A stretch of DNA of 64,000 nucleotides, from the IMG/VR virus record IMGVR_UViG_3300042691_041718, positions 32,001 to 96,000 of that record; one strand, given 5' to 3'. Made by a program: the position numbers and the translations under genes. This document shows, in pieces, positions 17,944 through 26,972 of this stretch (the first letter of the stretch is position 1; each line of letters begins with the position of its first letter). The notes beneath the pieces are model-generated. The model was not told the DNA's origin and searched no databases. It saw only the letters and a list, made by a program, of their open reading frames with translations. The DNA comes from a virus.

Positions 17944-20181
17944 ATGCAAATAAAATATGACGAGTTAGCTGGTAAAATATTAATATCAAATAAATTTGAT
18001 ATAACAGCTTCTGCTACAGCATCAAATGCTACTCCTATATTTACAAGTATAGATAGTGAATATATTTTATCTTTTCCAAATTTACAAAATGTTAAGAGAT
18101 TTACAAAATTTAGTTATGATACTTTAGGATTAACACCAACTAGATATTTAAAACATTATTATAGAATATCTAGAAATGGTTATGATTGGTCTGCTTGGTT
18201 AGATTTAACAAAATATTTTGAAAACTTTCCTGATTGGTCGGCTGCATTTCCGATGTATTTAGAGATTAAATGGGTTAGAACTGGTACTTCTGATATTGGA
18301 AATGTTAAGCTTTTGGAATATTCATTAGAGGGTGAATTAGAAAGAGAAGAAGTAACCGATGGTTCGACAATAAGTATTGCATCTGGTAAAACAATTATAA
18401 TGAAAGCTCCTTTTATTTATAAAGTTTTTAGAATAACTGATATAGAAATAATATCTGGTAGTAACTTAACTAATGTTGATATTAAATATAGATTTTCACA
18501 AGATAATAGTAAAACATGGTCTAACTGGGAGTTTTTAACAACACAAAACATTTCAACATTGAGAATAAATCCAATTAGATTTTTTCAAATAGAATATAGT
18601 ATAACAAATAACTCAAATTCAACAGTAACTATACAAGATATTAACTTAATTGGTGACTTTCAAAATGTTAGTAAAGATTATTTTAAAACAAATTTATTTG
18701 GAATTAGAGAATGTTGTCAGTCTAATATGTTGGGTTACACAGACGCTAACGGGAATTTTGTACCAGCTTCAAATACAACAGGTATTAATGGTCAGAATTG
18801 TGCTACGGATGGTAGTAATTTACCTCAGTTATCAACTGATGATAAAGCAAATCTATATAATCCATATCAACAAAATTCAGCAATGAATTTACTACAAAAG
18901 TTAAGTAATGATGCTCAACAAGTATTTGGTCATAAAGTAATTTATTTTGCTACAGATCCAGATAAAAAAGGTGAAGATAAAATATTTAATGAATATCAAT
19001 TATATAATGTTGTTTGTCAAGGAGATTTAAAAGTTTCTGTCGATCAAAACAACTTTCCTGACTCTCAAATAGTGATGAATCAATTTGATTTAAATCTATT
19101 TGAAACTATGCAGGTTCATATAACTAAGCAACAGTTTAAAGAAATATTTGGTCCACAAAGAAGACCAGCTAAAGAAGATTTTCTTTATTTCTGTGACATA
19201 AATAGATTATTTACAGTAGATCATGCACAGCAATTTAGAAATTTTAACAACTCTGCTGTTTATTACAAATTAATATTGAAAAAATTCAACAAATCAGCAA
19301 ATATCAATTACTCTAATAATGATGTTAAACAAACTGTTGATAAGTTAACTAAGAATAGTACAATTGATGAATTATTCGGGAATGATATTAATGAAGCTAA
19401 AAACGCTATTGCAAATAAAGAACAATTAGCACCTCTTACTAAAGATCCTATAAGACTATCTTATACAGCTGCAATAGATAAAGAGTTAATTGAAAATTCA
19501 TCAACTATTGTATCACGTTCTAATTATGACTTAGCTTCAATTACTTTTGGTGAAGTAGGTGTTCAATATTTGAATATGAGAAATTATTTAAGAGAATCCG
19601 ACAATCTATCATATTATATATGGTTTAATATACATAATTATGTAATAGATGATAATTATAATTTATTTACAAATTATAATGATGCTACAAATCAAGGTTA
19701 TAAATTTGATTTAAAGAATGATAAAATTACAGTTACTTTAAACTCTGATACTTATACTTTTGATTTAATGGGTTATGAGACAAATGATACTGTGGCTTTA
19801 GAAGAAGGAGTTTGGTATTGTTATACTATTAATATTGACCAAAGACAAAGAAAGATTGATCAATGGATTTATAAGAGAAATGTTGATGATGAATCAAGAG
19901 CAGGATCTTTAATTAGTACAATATTAAGAAAAGTGTATTATAACACAACTGATATAACACCATTTGAATATCTAATCGAAAGTGATACAATCAATACTTG
20001 TAAATTGATTGGATCAGATATGAAAGTAACTAATATTAGATTATTTAATGATATTATACCAGAAAGTTATCACAATAAGATACTTAATATGTATATAATA
20101 GGAGATGATTCTAAACACTTAATATTCGCAGATAATGCGAATTCTCGAATTTTTTTACCTAAATTCCCATCTTATGAATAA
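17944..20181 (+). CDS. Virion neck/head-completion protein (T4 gp14-like core) with N- and C-terminal extensions
   Basis: FGHKVIYF...GEDKIFNEY, then F..IFG..RRPAKEDFLYF...RLF.V..YYKLIL, a pattern like gp14. The beta-rich C-terminus resembles LamG. Late motif upstream. Confidence 0.55.
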   Translation: MQIKYDELAGKILISNKFDITASATASNATPIFTSIDSEYILSFPNLQNVKRFTKFSYDTLGLTPTRYLKHYYRISRNGYDWSAWLDLTKYFENFPDWSAAFPMYLEIKWVRTGTSDIGNVKLLEYSLEGELEREEVTDGSTISIASGKTIIMKAPFIYKVFRITDIEIISGSNLTNVDIKYRFSQDNSKTWSNWEFLTTQNISTLRINPIRFFQIEYSITNNSNSTVTIQDINLIGDFQNVSKDYFKTNLFGIRECCQSNMLGYTDANGNFVPASNTTGINGQNCATDGSNLPQLSTDDKANLYNPYQQNSAMNLLQKLSNDAQQVFGHKVIYFATDPDKKGEDKIFNEYQLYNVVCQGDLKVSVDQNNFPDSQIVMNQFDLNLFETMQVHITKQQFKEIFGPQRRPAKEDFLYFCDINRLFTVDHAQQFRNFNNSAVYYKLILKKFNKSANINYSNNDVKQTVDKLTKNSTIDELFGNDINEAKNAIANKEQLAPLTKDPIRLSYTAAIDKELIENSSTIVSRSNYDLASITFGEVGVQYLNMRNYLRESDNLSYYIWFNIHNYVIDDNYNLFTNYNDATNQGYKFDLKNDKITVTLNSDTYTFDLMGYETNDTVALEEGVWYCYTINIDQRQRKIDQWIYKRNVDDESRAGSLISTILRKVYYNTTDITPFEYLIESDTINTCKLIGSDMKVTNIRLFNDIIPESYHNKILNMYIIGDDSKHLIFADNANSRIFLPKFPSYE

Positions 20182-20228
20182 AGTTTTGGATAATACAAGT
20201 AGGTAGTTATACTTTTTATATATAGTAT

Positions 20229-20975
20229 ATGAAATATGTTACATACTTAGTCACTTATAGTGGATATAAATTGCCTAAATTTTATATAGGATCTACATCG
20301 GAAGAGAAAATAAAATCTGGAAAATATTTTGGTAGTATAAGATCAATTAAATATAGAAAAATATTCTATGATGAAATAGATAATAATATACATTTATTTA
20401 AAATACAAATATTATCATATCATGATACAAGATTAGATGCACTATCAGAAGAATTGAAACTACATATAGAGTTTGATGTAGTTAATTCAAAAGATTATAT
20501 AAATGAGTCTCTTGCAATGGTAAATGGTTTTTTTGGTAGAGATGTCTCTGGTGAAAACCATCCTATGTGGGGAAAGAAACACACGGAAGAAACTAAAAAG
20601 AAATTAAGATTGGCTAGAAAGGATAGAGTAACATCAGATGAGACTAAGAAAAAGATGTCCGAATCACAAAGAGGTAAAGTATTATCAGAAGATACCAAAG
20701 CTAAATTGAGGGATATAAATCTTGGTAAGAAATTATCAAATGAAACTAAGAATAAAATTTCGGATTCGAAAAAAGGTAAAAAATCTTGGAATTATGGAAA
20801 ATCTAAAGATATAATACTACAATTAGATATGGATAATAACCTTATTTGTGAATGGGTAAGTTTAGTTGATATTGAAAAAGCTGGATATCAAAAATCTAAT
20901 GTTATAAATGTTTGTAATGGTAAGAGAAAAACCCATTGTGGTTACAAATGGGTTTATAAATCTGATTATTTTTAA
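20229..20975 (+). CDS. Seg-like GIY-YIG homing endonuclease with NUMOD3/NUMOD1 DNA-binding repeats
   Basis: YVTY...FYIGST, HPMWGKKHTEETKKKL repeats, C-terminal CNGKRKTHCGYKW. Confidence 0.8.
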   Translation: MKYVTYLVTYSGYKLPKFYIGSTSEEKIKSGKYFGSIRSIKYRKIFYDEIDNNIHLFKIQILSYHDTRLDALSEELKLHIEFDVVNSKDYINESLAMVNGFFGRDVSGENHPMWGKKHTEETKKKLRLARKDRVTSDETKKKMSESQRGKVLSEDTKAKLRDINLGKKLSNETKNKISDSKKGKKSWNYGKSKDIILQLDMDNNLICEWVSLVDIEKAGYQKSNVINVCNGKRKTHCGYKWVYKSDYF

Positions 20976-21151
20976 TTACTATTTTTGTTATTCATTTGTT
21001 GTTTTCTAATTCTCCAAGCTTCTAAGTCCTTCTCCATGAATTTTCTAATCCTTTTAGAGATGTTTATAGAATGTTCATCACAAAATTCTTTATATTCTTC
21101 TAAAAATTTTGCTGGAAGTCTTAATGAAAACATTTTATCTTTTGCTGGCAT
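20972..21151 (-). CDS. Ribbon-helix-helix (CopG/Arc-like) DNA-binding protein, 59 aa
   Basis: Below cutoff: MPAKDKMFSLRLPAKFLEEYKEFCDEHSINISKRIRKFMEKDL..., a beta-strand (FSLRLP) followed by two helices. Confidence 0.65.
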   Translation of the reverse strand: MPAKDKMFSLRLPAKFLEEYKEFCDEHSINISKRIRKFMEKDLEAWRIRKQQMNNKNSN

Positions 21152-21192
21152 AGTATATACTTTTATTTATTAGTATATATTTAAAAGATATT

Positions 21193-21537
21193 TTAGTTTA
21201 TAAATTTTTCTACATAAGTAACTATTTCACCTGGTTCGAAACCTTTCTCTAATAGAAGAGGAAGAGAAGTATCTTTACACCAAGCATAAACAAGATATCC
21301 TTTGTAATTTTGATTTACAAAGTCCCATCTGGTGTCCCACAGAGATCTGAATATTCCTTTTCTTCGGTGATCCTCATCAACCCAAGCATCTAAGAATTTT
21401 ATCTTTTGATTATTTTCAATAGTCATGAAAATGTGTCCAATAGCCATTTTACTTTCAATGTCATATGCTATCCACATTTCTAAATTTTGTGCGTTTGGTT
21501 TTAAATGCACAACTTCAAATCCCTTTATTTCCTTCAT
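21193..21537 (-). CDS. GNAT-family acetyltransferase
   Basis: AWVDEDHRRKGIFRSL (motif A) and LLLEKGF. Confidence 0.75.
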   Translation of the reverse strand: MKEIKGFEVVHLKPNAQNLEMWIAYDIESKMAIGHIFMTIENNQKIKFLDAWVDEDHRRKGIFRSLWDTRWDFVNQNYKGYLVYAWCKDTSLPLLLEKGFEPGEIVTYVEKFIN

Positions 21538-21558
21538 ATTCTATATATTAAAGAAAAT

Positions 21559-21587
21559 AAAAAAAAGTCTCTGTTTTAGAGACTTTT
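21559..21587. terminator. Intrinsic terminator
   Basis: AAAAAAGTCTC-loop-GAGACTTTT. Confidence 0.6.
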
Positions 21588-21609
21588 ATAAGAAAATATG
21601 AAAGTTTTT

Positions 21610-21837
21610 TTACTTATTTTTTGATTTTACTTTGTCACAAAATAAAGGTTCGTATGTTACTTTAGTTGCAAAATTCAAAGTATCTCTATCAACACTCGAT
21701 AATGGTAATGGTTTAACTTCTACTTCTTGAGCTCTCTTTGCTAAATATTCATCCATATTGAAATCTTCTGGTAAGAATTCCATATTATAACCAAACTCAT
21801 TTTGTAACTCAATTACTAAATCTTTAATTCTTCCCAT
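21610..21837 (-). CDS. Hypothetical protein
   Basis: Start moved to ATG 21837 (MGRIKDL), behind TATATTTG at 21863-21870. Confidence 0.55.
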   Translation of the reverse strand: MGRIKDLVIELQNEFGYNMEFLPEDFNMDEYLAKRAQEVEVKPLPLSSVDRDTLNFATKVTYEPLFCDKVKSKNK

Positions 21838-21912
21838 GACCTTTATTTTTTTGTTTGTTTTACAAATATAATAATTATATTTTAATATATAATGTATAAT
21901 CAAAAATTATTT

Positions 21913-22377
21913 ATGGGAAAGATAGAAAAATATAAAGACTTCGCAAGAAAGTTTCAACACAAGTGGAACCAAGACACTCCAACTGAAATAAATCTACCTA
22001 GTTATTTAGATGAAGAGGAAGAGAAAAAGAAGATTGAGATGGAACAAGAGTTAGAAAATGGAGAAGATGAAATAAGTGAAAGCTATTTAAACTCTAAAGA
22101 ACTAATTTTTACAGGAAAAAGAAATAGAAATTTACAAATAACAGTTGTATTAGATAGTTCAATGAGAATAGAATCAATTGACAATAAAGCTAATATTAGA
22201 TTTCCTTTCCATGTTGGTCAAAGAATAAATAGAAATATTGAGGTTTGGGCTTGTAATAACAACTTCTTATTAAACGGAGAAGATACTTGTCCAGAGAAAA
22301 AGATATTTGGTGTTAGAGCATCTGATGTACCACAAGGTCACGAGTGGAGAAAAATATACCCAGGTAAATTTAAATAA
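21913..22377 (+). CDS. Hypothetical protein, first gene of a late operon
   Basis: Likely start MGKIEKYKDF, because the ATG at 21892 abuts the promoter motif; acidic N-half. Confidence 0.6.
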   Translation: MGKIEKYKDFARKFQHKWNQDTPTEINLPSYLDEEEEKKKIEMEQELENGEDEISESYLNSKELIFTGKRNRNLQITVVLDSSMRIESIDNKANIRFPFHVGQRINRNIEVWACNNNFLLNGEDTCPEKKIFGVRASDVPQGHEWRKIYPGKFK

Positions 22378-22769
22378 TGAAACACCTAAGAAAGTTTAAC
22401 GAAAGTATAAATGAGCATCTTGATATAGAATATATCAAACATTGTTTTAATGACTTATCAGATGATCCAGAATGTGATGTAGAATATGATACACATGAAG
22501 ATTATCTACGTGATAATCCAAACGATGAAATCACACTTAATGACGAATATGTTGATTTAACCATAGATATCCCTAGAATAACTAAGGGTGGAACTTTTGA
22601 AAGAATGATTGGTAATTCTGAAAGAATATCACATATTATTAAATCAATTGATATCTCAATCAAAAGATTAAAAGATGAATATCCTAATTATAATATTGAA
22701 ATAAATTACGAAGAGGATGATGATAGACCAAATGACTACTTCCAGATAAATATAAATAATAAAAAATGA
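22377..22769 (+). CDS. Putative internal head protein (MKHLRKFNE tag), acidic
   Basis: N-terminal tag; shares EYIKHCF.DL and LKDEYPNY with 23149..23571. Confidence 0.6.
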   Translation: MKHLRKFNESINEHLDIEYIKHCFNDLSDDPECDVEYDTHEDYLRDNPNDEITLNDEYVDLTIDIPRITKGGTFERMIGNSERISHIIKSIDISIKRLKDEYPNYNIEINYEEDDDRPNDYFQININNKK

Positions 22770-23152
22770 AACACCTAAGAAAATTTAATGAAAGTTTTGA
22801 AGATGAAACTAAATCATATCTAGAAACACTTTTTGCTGATATCTCAGAGAGTGGTTACTATAATGTTAATATTTTGATAGCAAAACCAATAAGAGTGGAA
22901 GGTGTTCAATGTGTTTATGTTGAAGTTAAATTGGAACCTGTTGAAGGTAAATTATGGAATAGATCACCATATGGAAATGCTGGTTTTTTAAAAGCGTCAA
23001 TTGAAAATGAGATGGAAATATTAAGAATTAAACAAGAAACACTTAATAGTATAAACGCCATAATTAAAGATATAGAAAGTGAAGGAAATGAAGTTAACTT
23101 CATTGTAAATAGAATTGGTGAGTTAAAAATAAATATTGAATATAAAGTATGA
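22766..23152 (+). CDS. Putative internal head protein (MKHLRKFNE tag)
   Basis: Same tag; body largely dissimilar to its neighbours. Confidence 0.55.
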   Translation: MKHLRKFNESFEDETKSYLETLFADISESGYYNVNILIAKPIRVEGVQCVYVEVKLEPVEGKLWNRSPYGNAGFLKASIENEMEILRIKQETLNSINAIIKDIESEGNEVNFIVNRIGELKINIEYKV

Positions 23153-23571
23153 AACACCTAAGAAAATTTAACGAAAATACCGATAATTCAATTGATGTTG
23201 AGTATATCAAACATTGTTTCACTGATTTAGTGGAATATTCATATAATGAAGATAATGAATGTGGTGAATTCCGTTGGGGCAATTCAGAAACACTTGAAGA
23301 AGTAACCGAAAGTGGAAACCCAACAGATTGTAGAGTATTTATAAATTGTCCTGAGTTAGAAGTGAAATTCACAGCAGATGGATATAAAGGAGAAATATCC
23401 GACTTTATTGAATTTAATAAAATAACAAATGAATTCCTTCTTAAATTGGAAGGTGCTATAAATAACCTAAAAGACGAATATCCTAATTATAAAGTGGAAG
23501 TTTTGTATGAACAACCTTTATTAAGAGGTCATCAAGGATATGATTACTATTGTGTATGTATTAGTTTATAA
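23149..23571 (+). CDS. Putative internal head protein (MKHLRKFNE tag), paralog of 22377..22769
   Basis: Same tag plus the shared blocks. Confidence 0.6.
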   Translation: MKHLRKFNENTDNSIDVEYIKHCFTDLVEYSYNEDNECGEFRWGNSETLEEVTESGNPTDCRVFINCPELEVKFTADGYKGEISDFIEFNKITNEFLLKLEGAINNLKDEYPNYKVEVLYEQPLLRGHQGYDYYCVCISL

Positions 23572-24615
23572 TCTTAAACTCTCATTTAATATATAATAAA
23601 TACGATCAATCTGATCATATCTAATTCTTATTATATTAATATAATTATCCTCACAATAATCATTCTTAATCTTATCATTCACCTTTAAACGCTCATAAGC
23701 CTCTAAACCACCAAAATGTTCAATCGGCTCATAATGTTGTTTACCATCAAACTCTATTATAGTTCTGTATTTCGGTAAATAAAAATCAAATGGTAATTGA
23801 AATATATTCTTACAATCAGGAAACTTATGCTGTCTATAATATGAAATATCATTCTTATCCAAATATTTAGAAATTAACTTTTCACCACGAGATTCACTAC
23901 AACTAGGGCAACCATTACCCTGTAAATGTGAAAGTGGAGTTTGATTAAAATCACCATGTATAGGACAAGTAATTATAACCTTAATCTGATTCTTAACATA
24001 ATCAGTTTTATCATAACTAAACTTAAAATCATGAACTAAATTAGCCTCTTGTATAAACTTTTTAGTTGTCTTTCTTACTGATAATTCAATATTCTCTGGT
24101 TTAGAACCACCTATGTGATTATATGGTTTTTGTAAATAATACACACCTTTATATCCTATTAAAACAGGAATATCACCTGATATATATTTAACCATAGAAT
24201 AATCGTATTTATCACCATGTTTATTTATTGATTTTCTTATAAAATTATCTTTGGTTAAATTTTTTTCACAACATTGTCCCTGTAAATGAGAAATAGCGAC
24301 CTGTTCAAATATAAGACCATCATATATTATCTTAACCTTTTTAAGAGCTCCCTTATATTTTACTAATGAATAATCATATTTATCACCCCAAACTTCTTTA
24401 GCTTCTTTAATAAATTGCTCGGTGGTTTTTGTTGGTGTATTTTTCTCTGGACAACGACCCAATGTTATGTGCTTAACAACTTTTTGTCTATATAGTTCAC
24501 CGTTATAGATTATATCTATATCATCAGTTGATAATACTTTATCTTTCAAATTTGGATATTCATATTTATATCCATGCTTATCACGTGCTCTTTCTAAAAA
24601 TTCTTCCCTAGTCAT
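23566..24615 (-). CDS. Homing-type endonuclease with DUF723-like repeats and a C-terminal PD-(D/E)xK (Vsr-like) domain
   Basis: Repeats T.E.FI..A..(V/K)(H/W)GDKYDYS.V.Y, zinc motif CPIHG...GCPSC, FDFYL...IEFDGKQHY, IRIRY. Confidence 0.75.
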   Translation of the reverse strand: MTREEFLERARDKHGYKYEYPNLKDKVLSTDDIDIIYNGELYRQKVVKHITLGRCPEKNTPTKTTEQFIKEAKEVWGDKYDYSLVKYKGALKKVKIIYDGLIFEQVAISHLQGQCCEKNLTKDNFIRKSINKHGDKYDYSMVKYISGDIPVLIGYKGVYYLQKPYNHIGGSKPENIELSVRKTTKKFIQEANLVHDFKFSYDKTDYVKNQIKVIITCPIHGDFNQTPLSHLQGNGCPSCSESRGEKLISKYLDKNDISYYRQHKFPDCKNIFQLPFDFYLPKYRTIIEFDGKQHYEPIEHFGGLEAYERLKVNDKIKNDYCEDNYINIIRIRYDQIDRIYYILNESLRL

Positions 24616-24732
24616 ATTGTATATATAAATAAATTATTCCCTCCTTGATAATTTATTTTGGAGTTTTTAAAAAAATTTATAAAGGGGGAATTATTTTTTA
24701 ATATATAAAGTATAAAAAAGAATTTAATTAAA

Positions 24733-25956
24733 ATGGCAAAACAAGGAAAAGAAACGAAGAAATTTGAGTTTAGTAAAGTTGGATCAATATTAGATAATAT
24801 TGCAAAATCAGTTCCAATTTTAGTAGAAAAAGAAATTAAAGAAAAACAATTTATAACAACTGGTGTTTATTTATTAGATGCTGCTTTATCTGGTAGATTA
24901 TTAGGGGGTGGTATTGCTACAAATAGAATAACTGCGTTTGCTGGTGAATCAGGTGCTGGTAAGAGCTTTCTTTGTTACTCATGTGCTAAACAAGCTCAGA
25001 AATTAGGATATTCAGTAATATACATTGATACTGAACAGGCTATTGATTTAGAAGACTTACCAAAATTTGGAATTGATAACTCTTTAGATAAATTTAGATT
25101 AGTTAGATCTAATAAAGTAGAAGACGTGAACATAACTTTAACAAAATTGATAGATGAGTTAAAAGAACAAAAACTAGCTGGTTATGAGATGCCTAAATTG
25201 ATGATTGTTTTAGATTCTTTGGGACAAATGGCTTCAAATAAAGAAAAAGAAGATTTATTAAAAGGTGATATTAAACAAGATATGACTAAAGCTAAAGCAC
25301 TTGGTTCTATGTTTAGAAGTATAAATACAGACTTGGGTTACTTAGAAATTCCACTTTTGGTGGCAAACCATACATATCTAACAATGGATCTTTTTCCACA
25401 AGAGCGACTCCGCGGAGGTAATGGTCTACTTTATTCAGCATCTGTAATTGGATTTATGTCAAAAAGTAAATTAAAAACTTCTGAAGAGGATGAAATGGAT
25501 TTAGGTGCTTCCGGTATTACAGTACTTTTCAAAACTCAAAAAAATAGATTGGCAAAACCTAAGAAAATTAGATTTGATATATCTTTTATTCATGGTATGA
25601 ATCCTTACACTGGCTTAGACGCATTTTGTCGTCCAGAATTCTTTGAACAAATTGGTATCGCAAAAGGTAAAGAAGAAGTTGATAAATCAACTGGTGAGAT
25701 TAAGTTTGTTCCTGGTGGAAACCGTTGGTATATTTCTCACTTAGGGAAATCAGTTACAACAAAACAATTATTTACTCAAGAGGTGTTTACACAAGATGTT
25801 TTAGAAAAAATGGCACCAATTGTTAATGATTATTTCAGATTCAAATCATTGGATGAAATTGAAGAGGTTGAAAAACAGTTCAATGAAGTAATGGGTGGAG
25901 ATGATGATGATAATGATGGATATGTTGATAGTGATGCAGCAGATCTATTTGAATAA
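24733..25956 (+). CDS. recA: RecA/UvsX-like recombinase
   Basis: TGVYLLDAALSG, AGESGAGKS, YIDTE, IVLDSLG, VANHTY, GGNGLLYSAS; acidic tail. Confidence 0.9.
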   Translation: MAKQGKETKKFEFSKVGSILDNIAKSVPILVEKEIKEKQFITTGVYLLDAALSGRLLGGGIATNRITAFAGESGAGKSFLCYSCAKQAQKLGYSVIYIDTEQAIDLEDLPKFGIDNSLDKFRLVRSNKVEDVNITLTKLIDELKEQKLAGYEMPKLMIVLDSLGQMASNKEKEDLLKGDIKQDMTKAKALGSMFRSINTDLGYLEIPLLVANHTYLTMDLFPQERLRGGNGLLYSASVIGFMSKSKLKTSEEDEMDLGASGITVLFKTQKNRLAKPKKIRFDISFIHGMNPYTGLDAFCRPEFFEQIGIAKGKEEVDKSTGEIKFVPGGNRWYISHLGKSVTTKQLFTQEVFTQDVLEKMAPIVNDYFRFKSLDEIEEVEKQFNEVMGGDDDDNDGYVDSDAADLFE

Positions 25957-26000
25957 GAAAGTCGAAGGGTACTTAACCCTAAAAAATAAAATAAAATAAT

Positions 26001-26177
26001 ATGTCAAAACAAGAAGTTTATGAACAATTAAAAGATTTATGGGAAAAATTTGACGCAGCTCATAATGGTAAATTTAAGAAAAACGCTGGTGAAGCAAGAA
26101 AATTCATTGGTGAAATTAAGAAGTTAGCTACTCCTTATAGAGCGGCTTCAGTTGAAGAAGAAAAAGGTGATAAATAA
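26001..26177 (+). CDS. Histone H1-like (Hc1-type) small basic protein, 58 aa
   Basis: Below cutoff: MSKQEVYEQLKDLWEKFDAAHNGKFKKNAGEARKFIGEIKKLATPYRAASVEEEK, resembling the Bacteroidota K.AG.RARK...E..KL....R..S family. Confidence 0.6.
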   Translation: MSKQEVYEQLKDLWEKFDAAHNGKFKKNAGEARKFIGEIKKLATPYRAASVEEEKGDK

Positions 26178-26304
26178 TAAAACTTTTCTACAAAAAGAAT
26201 TTATAATTAATATCTTCTTTCATATTTTCCTTATTTAGAAAAATAAGGTGGTGGAGTCAAATCCAATATTGGATGGCCCAAACACAGAATAGTGTTTTTA
26301 AAAT

Positions 26305-26336
26305 AAAAAAGACCTCAATTTTGAGGTCTTTTTTTT
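26305..26336. terminator. Bidirectional intrinsic terminator
   Basis: AAAAAAGACCTCAA-TT-TTGAGGTCTTTTTT. Confidence 0.75.
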
Positions 26337-26655
26337 ATTTCTTCAACTTCTTAATTTGGTCACGAAGTTCAGCAGCTTTTTCATATTCTTCTTTTTCAAC
26401 TGCTATTTTTAAAGCGGATTCAAGCTCTTTGACATCAATACTCTTTTTGTTTTCAGTGTATGTTTTAACATACGTTGATGTTCCATCCAGGCTAACCCAA
26501 GTTTCTTTTTTAATAGTCATTCCATTAGATTCAAATTCTTCTGTTGTTTTGGTCCAATTTTTATCACCATCTTTTGGATAATTCATTTTATTTTCAAAAA
26601 TATTTTCATTTGAAAATAAATCAACTAAATCAAATAAATAATAAATTTTTCTCAT
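26335..26655 (-). CDS. Protein with C-terminal UVR (UvrB/UvrC) motif
   Basis: LESALKIAVEKEEYEKAAELRDQIKKL. Confidence 0.8.
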   Translation of the reverse strand: MRKIYYLFDLVDLFSNENIFENKMNYPKDGDKNWTKTTEEFESNGMTIKKETWVSLDGTSTYVKTYTENKKSIDVKELESALKIAVEKEEYEKAAELRDQIKKLKK

Positions 26656-26764
26656 AACTTTTTTTTCTTTTTTTATATAAGTATCTTCAAATTATATGCC
26701 ATTAGACTAATTATGACATTTTGACATAAATATATACATATAATAGATTAAAAATAAGAAAGAT

Positions 26765-26950
26765 ATGACAATTTTTAGGTACTCAAAAGATGGAAAACTT
26801 TACTCAATCATTCAAACTGATAAGGATGGTGTTAAGAGATATACTGCGGTTCCATATGGTCATTCATCTAATCCAATTACTGATTGTGACATAAAAGATT
26901 TCTCTATACAATCAATTAAGAATAATAATAGAAATAGTAGTTTTTTATAA
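26765..26950 (+). CDS. Hypothetical protein
   Basis: ORF track; ATATATA upstream. Confidence 0.5.
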   Translation: MTIFRYSKDGKLYSIIQTDKDGVKRYTAVPYGHSSNPITDCDIKDFSIQSIKNNNRNSSFL

Positions 26951-26972
26951 TTAATTTTCATATATTTGTAAA

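Noticed and set aside
23586-23594. TAATATATA copy inside the end of the 23566..24615 gene
   Set aside because: No sense ORF follows; probably a chance match in AT-rich coding sequence, which illustrates the motif's background rate.
24625-24707. GG(G/T)A(G/A)T(T/A)AT box upstream of the late motif (also near 20200, 37252, 57300)
   Set aside because: Spacing to ATATATA varies from 1 to 9 nt and there are few copies; cannot be distinguished from chance by eye.
26228-26300. Second tRNA
   Set aside because: No TTCGA T-loop or cloverleaf; kept only as a candidate structured element.
26335-26400. UVR motif RDQIKKL as another copy of the C-terminal tag
   Set aside because: The spacing differs by one residue (R-D-x-I-x-x-L versus R-D-x-K-L-x-x-L-L), and it is fully explained by the UVR consensus.
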